Origin: an uncultured virus (IMG/VR IMGVR_UViG_3300027793_000064)
Lineage: Duplodnaviria; Heunggongvirae; Uroviricota; Caudoviricetes
IMG/VR virus record: IMGVR_UViG_3300027793_000064
Length of the DNA: 64,000 nucleotides
Direction: 5' to 3' (one strand)
Within the stretch, counting starts at the first letter, position 1. Every line of letters starts with the position of its first letter. Shown here one piece after another: positions 58,616 to 64,000 of the stretch. The notes under the pieces were generated by a model. That model did not search any database, was not told the DNA's origin, and saw nothing but the letters and a program-made list of their open reading frames with translations. Both the position numbers and the translations under genes were made by a program.

Positions 58616-59086
58616 TCACCAAGATGCCTGATAGTAGAGTTCCCATTCTTTCTTATAATTCTTGATTATTTTTTCAAGAATGGGAATTGTGTACTCAATG
58701 TCTTCGTAATACCAATGATCATAATCTGTTGCCCCAAAAAAGAATCCAGATTGAGTTGGCAGCAATTCTCTTGCGACACTACGATCTTTTAGTACAGACT
58801 CACAAAGATCTTTGAGTTTTTTAATATCATCCAACTCAACATAGATTCTTTGGCATTCATCTTTGCCACCACCACATTTGTCCACAAAGAATTTGTGAAT
58901 GTGATTAGACTTACGCCAGTAACCAATTTGTAATTGCATTTCACCAAACTGTAGATCATCTTCATCCACAAATTTGGTTGCCTTGAGCATCCTTGCAATT
59001 GACTTTACTTTTTTGCGTTCATCTTCTTTGCCCCAAGATGCAGAAGTAAAAGTCTGCTTGGCATAAAGATAAGAATCGAGTCCCAT
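58616..59086 (-). CDS. Conserved phage protein
   Basis: MGLD.Y, YWRK.N.IH.FF, LLPT.SGFFFG and YQASW motifs. Confidence 0.8.
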   Translation of the reverse strand: MGLDSYLYAKQTFTSASWGKEDERKKVKSIARMLKATKFVDEDDLQFGEMQLQIGYWRKSNHIHKFFVDKCGGGKDECQRIYVELDDIKKLKDLCESVLKDRSVARELLPTQSGFFFGATDYDHWYYEDIEYTIPILEKIIKNYKKEWELYYQASW

Positions 59087-59401
59087 GATTGTGATTTGGA
59101 CTTACTTGAGTAGTTTAGGTGAAATTGGTTCTTGTGGAGTGAATTGTGTGTCAGTTTGGGAATTGGTCAATCCTTGTAACACTCGCCAGGAAATGCAGAG
59201 GCATAAGATGCACTGAAACAAGAATCTCTTAGTGTAGTGAACACAAAAATTCCAGTGATCAAAGAGCAAACTGATGCAATCAAAATCACTGATCCAAGAG
59301 AAAAGTGTTTCATTTGGATTGGATGAACTGTAGATACAATAGGGCAGTCTGGTGCTCGTGGAGAAAATGGTGGACGGAAATCGAACCGTCCACCACCAAA
59401 T

Positions 59402-60139
59402 TCATGCTGCTACCTTTTGTTTGGCAGAATAGCCACTGAATTGACCATTGATTCTACGATTACGAATAGCCTTGCCCCATTTAGACCCTTTTGGTTGAGT
59501 ATTATGAACCAACAGCGCAAATGGCTTGTCACCAAGGCAATGCGAATCATCATGATCTACTTCAAGACCAAGTGCCTGTGCATCCTCCTCGTACATCACA
59601 ACTTTAGCATAACGAGGGAAATATCCTTCATCAATCAGATAATCCCACTTACCACCATAAGATGCAGTCATATAGAAATTCTCTGGCAACTTGAAGTTAA
59701 GAAACAACTGCAGACTCTTAGAGTAGCAATAGAAGATCAGATCAGGATTGCGGATTGCGACTTCAATCCAGGCATCCAGATAAACACCAGAGAAAAAATC
59801 TCCAGATTCGTGAATGCGAACCTTCTTTGTATTGCGAGTGCGATGATGCTGAATGGAATCGTGAATCAAATCAGCTGTAGAACCATCACGAATAGCATCA
59901 ACGACCATCTGAAAGTTGTTGGCACGATTATAAAATGCAGAATCGTACTGAACTTCACCAGAAGCGGCAAAGCAACGAAATTCAGTATGTTCTCCATCTT
60001 GAATGTGTCGCTTGCCATTCTCTCCGACTACGGCAAAGGATTTACACAGAAGTGCTCCGGGACAAGTCTTCCCGGCAGGAAGATTAAAAATAAGAGTGTT
60101 CTTAGAGAGCTTGCCGTTGCCTTTGGTGAAGTTGAGCAT
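59402..60139 (-). CDS. Gp88-like protein (Cys-containing, radical-SAM-like)
   Basis: FNLPAGKTCPGALLC, CFA, RIHESGDFFS and YCYSKS motifs; start MLNFTKGN. Confidence 0.7.
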   Translation of the reverse strand: MLNFTKGNGKLSKNTLIFNLPAGKTCPGALLCKSFAVVGENGKRHIQDGEHTEFRCFAASGEVQYDSAFYNRANNFQMVVDAIRDGSTADLIHDSIQHHRTRNTKKVRIHESGDFFSGVYLDAWIEVAIRNPDLIFYCYSKSLQLFLNFKLPENFYMTASYGGKWDYLIDEGYFPRYAKVVMYEEDAQALGLEVDHDDSHCLGDKPFALLVHNTQPKGSKWGKAIRNRRINGQFSGYSAKQKVAA

Positions 60140-60219
60140 TGGACTGCCTGTGTTCGACAAGCTCACTATAAGCCCACCAGATGCCCCAGGAAGCGGCTTC
60201 TAGGACAGTTTCCGTGGTG

Positions 60220-60441
60220 TCACACCAGATTGTTAATTATTTCCAAAAATTCCTTAAATGTTCTTTCTCTTGGATTGTAATTTGGATTTACATCAGAAGA
60301 ATATGTTTGACCACCAACATTTCTTCCTAGATTTTGTCTTCTCTTTTTTTCAAACTCATATCTATTTCCAGGAGACAATCTTCTTCTTGGAATTGGTTTT
60401 CCAGTAATTCCAATTTCAGTTTCGTCCTTTTTTCTTGCCAT
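60220..60441 (-). CDS. Small basic late protein
   Basis: CTAAATA upstream; C-terminal RTFKEFLE. Confidence 0.7.
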   Translation of the reverse strand: MARKKDETEIGITGKPIPRRRLSPGNRYEFEKKRRQNLGRNVGGQTYSSDVNPNYNPRERTFKEFLEIINNLV

Positions 60442-60469
60442 TTCTAATATCTTTTTAGATATTTAGAAA

Positions 60470-60497
60470 AAAGCGCCTCTTTGATTGAGGCGCTTCT
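60470..60497 (-). terminator. Intrinsic terminator
   Basis: AAGCGCCTC/GAGGCGCTT stem with a U-tract on the minus strand. Confidence 0.75.
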
Positions 60498-60522
60498 TAT
60501 GACTTCCAATTTTTAACTCAAT

Positions 60523-60669
60523 TTAGTATTGCTCAATCACATCATTAGTACGATTATCGACGATATATGCAGAACCAAACTCTTCTGCCATGGAGTAGGC
60601 TACATCTCGTGCTTCATCAAGATCTTCGAAATCTTCATGTTCAGTGTCAGAATGGACGGAATAAGTCAT
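60523..60669 (-). CDS. Small acidic protein
   Basis: Read by hand: MTYSVHSDTEHEDFEDLDEARDVAYSMAEEFGSAYIVD... Confidence 0.65.
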   Translation of the reverse strand: MTYSVHSDTEHEDFEDLDEARDVAYSMAEEFGSAYIVDNRTNDVIEQY

Positions 60670-60671
60670 AA

Positions 60672-60818
60672 TCAAATGAATTCGTAGATGTAATAATCAA
60701 CGGTAATTTCAAGCTCAGCAGCTTTCTTTTCGAGATCAGCTTCAAAAGGATCGAAATCTTCCAGAAGTTCACTAAATGTCATTTTTTCCATGAGATGAAA
60801 TACGGTTTCTTCTTTCAT
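60672..60818 (-). CDS. Small acidic protein
   Basis: Read by hand; ends KAAELEITVDYYIYEFI. Confidence 0.65.
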   Translation of the reverse strand: MKEETVFHLMEKMTFSELLEDFDPFEADLEKKAAELEITVDYYIYEFI

Positions 60819-60970
60819 GATTCGGTTTCAGTGTTGTTTTTTACGGAAATATTGTAAGGACTATTGAAAAAACGGCGGAAAGCAGTAATAATGATAATAG
60901 CCGTGGAAACCACGCCAATAAGACCAAGGAAGGTGGTAACATCTCCCGCAAAATTCAGTTGTTCAGGCAT
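60815..60970 (-). CDS. Small membrane protein
   Basis: Read by hand: MPEQLNFAGDVTTFLGLIGVVSTAIIIITAFRRFFNSPYN... Confidence 0.65.
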   Translation of the reverse strand: MPEQLNFAGDVTTFLGLIGVVSTAIIIITAFRRFFNSPYNISVKNNTETES

Positions 60971-61054
60971 TTGTTTTTTATAAATTAACCACGAGTCAAA
61001 TATACATGGTATACTGACTCGTGGGACAAAGAGTGGACAGTTTTTAAACCGAAC

Positions 61055-61192
61055 TCAAAATTTGATTTCTTCTAGAGTTGGTTCGTTTTCTGTCGGATCA
61101 CAGAGCTGAGAGGCAACTTTATCGAGCATGTTCAGAAGATTGTCACCACTGCCAGAATCACGCAGTAGTTTGATTGCTTCTTGTGTTGTCAT
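61055..61192 (-). CDS. Small hypothetical protein
   Basis: Read by hand: MTTQEAIKLLRDSGSGDNLLNMLDKVASQL... Confidence 0.55.
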   Translation of the reverse strand: MTTQEAIKLLRDSGSGDNLLNMLDKVASQLCDPTENEPTLEEIKF

Positions 61193-61193
61193 T

Positions 61194-61541
61194 TCAGTTT
61201 ACCAGAACGAGTTGATTGGACTTTAGCAGTTGATTGTACACACTACCAACAGATGCAGTGGCAGTAGCATCACCAACTACATTTGCTGCACCAGATAGAA
61301 CTACACGAACAGTTTCCAGTAGTTCATTGACTGCGATGGATTTTGCAGTATAAGCATATGGATCACTGCTATTAGATCCACGACGGAAGGTAACTTCTAG
61401 ATATTCACCATTCCAATCAATTGCAGAAATGGCGTCAGAACCTTCTTTTGTAAGTGTGGCACTCCAAACATTGTCGGAGACAAATAGCTCACCTAGTTGG
61501 TTAGAAATGGTGGGTTGTGTTGAAGTAGCGGTCATGATCAA
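61194..61541 (-). CDS. KTSC-like domain protein
   Basis: SDAISAIDW....LEVTF..G....Y.Y...SVGSVYNQ pattern. Confidence 0.6.
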   Translation of the reverse strand: MIMTATSTQPTISNQLGELFVSDNVWSATLTKEGSDAISAIDWNGEYLEVTFRRGSNSSDPYAYTAKSIAVNELLETVRVVLSGAANVVGDATATASVGSVYNQLLKSNQLVLVN

Positions 61542-61651
61542 AAATCCTCCAGTAGTTTCATTGTTTCGGGATCAAGTTCCTCTCGAATAGAGGAACCAAA
61601 GATTCCATCGTCAAGCAAATCGTCGATGAAATCAAGATCGTTGTCTTCCAT
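61538..61651 (-). CDS. Very small acidic protein
   Basis: Read by hand: MEDNDLDFIDDLLDDGIFGSSIREELDPETMKLLEDF. Confidence 0.55.
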   Translation of the reverse strand: MEDNDLDFIDDLLDDGIFGSSIREELDPETMKLLEDF

Positions 61652-61729
61652 AAGGAAGGTGTTCTTTTGTGTGAACTCGTTCATCATAGCATGAGAAGTG
61701 TGTGGTGTGTCAAGAGAATGGACAGTTTT

Positions 61730-62011
61730 TCAATCGTCACAGTCCGAGTTGTCTACTTGTTTCCAAATGAGATCCAAGTCCTCAAAAAACATTTCAAGTT
61801 CGGTCTCATCTTCTGGGATTTCCTCGTCGTCTCCCAGAGTAAAGTTTGCTTCGCCTAATCCAGGACCATATTCCTCTGGAAATTCATAAGTTGCAGGATA
61901 ACGAATGAGAAAATCATCGAGCATTGCAACAACAATACCTGACTTAGTTTCTGGATCGTAACTGTAATTTACGATCTCCATCACAAACTGGCTCATTTCA
62001 GAATTTTCCAA
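61730..62011 (-). CDS. Acidic hypothetical protein
   Basis: ORF track; PEEYGPGL motif. Confidence 0.7.
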   Translation of the reverse strand: MENSEMSQFVMEIVNYSYDPETKSGIVVAMLDDFLIRYPATYEFPEEYGPGLGEANFTLGDDEEIPEDETELEMFFEDLDLIWKQVDNSDCDD

Positions 62012-62193
62012 TTAGGATCATTGTTTTTTTGAACTACAAAATAGTAGTTCTCATTTGCAGATTGTAAATAGAATTCACAATCAGACTCAAAATCAATTTT
62101 ACAAGTGTGAATGTTGTTCATGAGCTCATCAAAACGATCTTTTGCATGAGATGAAATTGGCTCAACAAGAACTCTGGTTTTCTGTTTGGACAT
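61993..62193 (-). CDS. Small conserved phage protein (paralogue of 57634..57822)
   Basis: Shared NNDPNW and other motifs. Confidence 0.75.
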   Translation of the reverse strand: MSKQKTRVLVEPISSHAKDRFDELMNNIHTCKIDFESDCEFYLQSANENYYFVVQKNNDPNWKILK

Positions 62194-62407
62194 TTGTCAG
62201 ACTAATATTATTTTGAATTGCGCATGAAATTTCAACCGCAAGATCAGAATCAATTTGATTTCCTAGTTTTTTATAAACATAGGAAAGAGAAGACTTTGCC
62301 AGAAACTCAAAGAATTTATAATTAAATTCTTCATCATCCATGACAAATTCGGGAAAAGATTCTGCCAGAAGTTGACCTAATTTTTCAATAGCATCTTGTG
62401 ATAACAT
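62162..62407 (-). CDS. Hypothetical protein
   Basis: ORF track. Confidence 0.65.
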   Translation of the reverse strand: MLSQDAIEKLGQLLAESFPEFVMDDEEFNYKFFEFLAKSSLSYVYKKLGNQIDSDLAVEISCAIQNNISLTNVQTENQSSC

Positions 62408-62887
62408 GGTAATTCAGCGAGAGTAATCATCAAAATCTACAGATTGTTCTTCCTCTTCATCTCGAAGTTGCTCAGCAAAGACACTGAGCAACTCATCTTC
62501 TTTGTCTGCGGCAAAATCTACTAGATCTGCAATGAAACTCTGTGGCATGATGGAAACTCCTTTGAACAGTCCTATGGTAGCAACTGAATGTACTGTTGTG
62601 AGTGTCAATGGACGGATTTTAAACCGTCCACTGGCAAAAAAACTTTACATTTCAAGTGCTTCCTGTCTTGTCGAATATGGCCCAAAGGTATCGTATGATC
62701 CATCATTGTACTCTAGATCTACATAAAAGCCAACTTCATCATGAAAGTCCGAAACATCATTCTTTGAGATAAAATAGATCCTTTTTTCGGTAATCTGTAC
62801 TTGACTCTGTGGATTTGCTAGTGAAATCATGGTACGAAAGCTCCGTTGTGCTATTTAGTGGTTTTTTGTTTAAAAATCGGTTAAAAG

Positions 62888-63034
62888 TCAGCAAACGACA
62901 ATTTTAACATCAGTCGCTCCTTGTTTTAATACATGCTCCTCCCACATGCTCGCATCTTCTACCTTAAAAAATGTTGCTTGTTGTTGGGAATACCCTTTTT
63001 TCTTGGGTTGTTGGTAGGTCACTGTAAACCTCAT
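62888..63034 (-). CDS. Small hypothetical protein
   Basis: Read by hand: MRFTVTYQQPKKKGYSQQQATFFKVEDASMWEEHV... Confidence 0.6.
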   Translation of the reverse strand: MRFTVTYQQPKKKGYSQQQATFFKVEDASMWEEHVLKQGATDVKIVVC

Positions 63035-63213
63035 TTGTCGGACTCCTTTAAAAGACGAAGATGTTTGAAATTGTCACAATGAATCACAATGCAGACATCT
63101 CTGTTTCTTTCTTTAAATTGACTGATACAGAGTGTTGCATACTGCTCATCAACAAATCGAATGGTGCCGATGTGATCTTTGTAGATGACTTCGAGACCAA
63201 CTGTGGGAATCAT
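63031..63213 (-). CDS. Small SH3-like hypothetical protein
   Basis: ORF track; ATGA overlaps with neighbours. Confidence 0.65.
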   Translation of the reverse strand: MIPTVGLEVIYKDHIGTIRFVDEQYATLCISQFKERNRDVCIVIHCDNFKHLRLLKESDK

Positions 63214-63362
63214 AGATTTTCTTGATGTTCTTTCATTTTTTCAATCAAATCCTGCATTTTTTCGGCAGCAACATTCTCATATCCAAAATCAAATTGAATG
63301 TCATCTAGAATTACCTCAAGATCGTTGATCAGATCGAAAATAAATTGTTCTTGGTCGCTCAT
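63210..63362 (-). CDS. Small acidic protein
   Basis: Read by hand: MSDQEQFIFDLINDLEVILDDIQFDFGYE... Confidence 0.55.
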   Translation of the reverse strand: MSDQEQFIFDLINDLEVILDDIQFDFGYENVAAEKMQDLIEKMKEHQENL

Positions 63363-63409
63363 TAGTCCTCAATAGGTGGTCTGAATTTTACTGCAGAAGC
63401 TGAGAATTG

Positions 63410-64000
63410 TCAAGTGACCTCAGCTTCCTCTGATTCTTGTGTTTCTAAATCTACTTCTCCAGCATCCAGTTGTTTCGTTTCCCATTCAAAGAATCGGAAG
63501 CTCTTGTGTTTGTATACATCAATGTCAAAAACTTCCCGACGAATACAAATACCTTCAGCAGGAACTTGACTGACGCACATATCACAATCAAGTTCTAGAT
63601 AATGTTCTGAAAGTTTTTGGACAAAATTAGATGTCCAATCATCATCAACAATAATATCAAAGAGATCTTTTGCTCTACCATAGTAAATTTCTGGGACACA
63701 TTTCATTCCAAATTTATAGCAATATTCTTTGACTTGTTGTGTAGAAAACTCAAACACCTTACCATCCGCATTAGTGAAAGTAATACGATAAATGTAAGTA
63801 TCAAATTTTCCAGGTTCACACCCATAATCATATCCATTCTGGATATATGCACCTGTTTTAAGATAGCCTACAGCTTCACCATAAAGAGTAATACCAGCTG
63901 TTAGATTTTCTTCAAGTGATTTTGCAATATCACCCCAAACATCATAAGAGTAAAAATGATTTTGAGTTTTTTCGAGATCACTATTCTTAATAACCTTACG
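63410..64000 (-). CDS. RNA ligase (Rnl2-like), C-terminal part
   Basis: Frame open from the window end; nucleotidyltransferase motifs TLYGEAVG (III), AEGICIR (IV) and YKHKS (V). Confidence 0.75.
   Translation of the reverse strand, partial: RKVIKNSDLEKTQNHFYSYDVWGDIAKSLEENLTAGITLYGEAVGYLKTGAYIQNGYDYGCEPGKFDTYIYRITFTNADGKVFEFSTQQVKEYCYKFGMKCVPEIYYGRAKDLFDIIVDDDWTSNFVQKLSEHYLELDCDMCVSQVPAEGICIRREVFDIDVYKHKSFRFFEWETKQLDAGEVDLETQESEEAEVT

Noticed and set aside
59417..60280. 287-aa plus-strand ORF
   Set aside because: Fully antisense to the Gp88-like gene; no recognisable motifs or promoter.

Overview
A 64-kb segment of a T4-like myovirus, very likely a cyanophage (inferred from gene order, a cyanobacterial AbrB-like domain and cyanophage-type small genes). 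Nearly all genes are on the minus strand. 1-40 kb is an AT-rich late structural module (gp25, gp6, split gp7-like wedge, gp8, large virion proteins, gp13, 14, 15, 16, 17, 18, 19, 20). 40.4-48.2 kb is a more GC-rich island of small early genes. It is interleaved with nine copies of a 47-nt structured element, each with its own -10 box and a covarying hairpin (a candidate multicopy small-RNA system), plus a second repeat family. 48.15-48.8 kb looks like an origin: a perfect sigma70 promoter with no ORF behind it, flanked by inverted CATAAG repeats. 48.8-64 kb is an early/accessory region with a GNAT protein, Toprim protein, SF1 helicase, GIY-YIG endonuclease with a putative antisense RNA, deaminase, Gp88-like protein and RNA ligase. 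It also holds a late island of proteins with a T4-like capsid-targeting N-terminus. No tRNA, rRNA or CRISPR array was seen. All family calls are by eye, without database searches.
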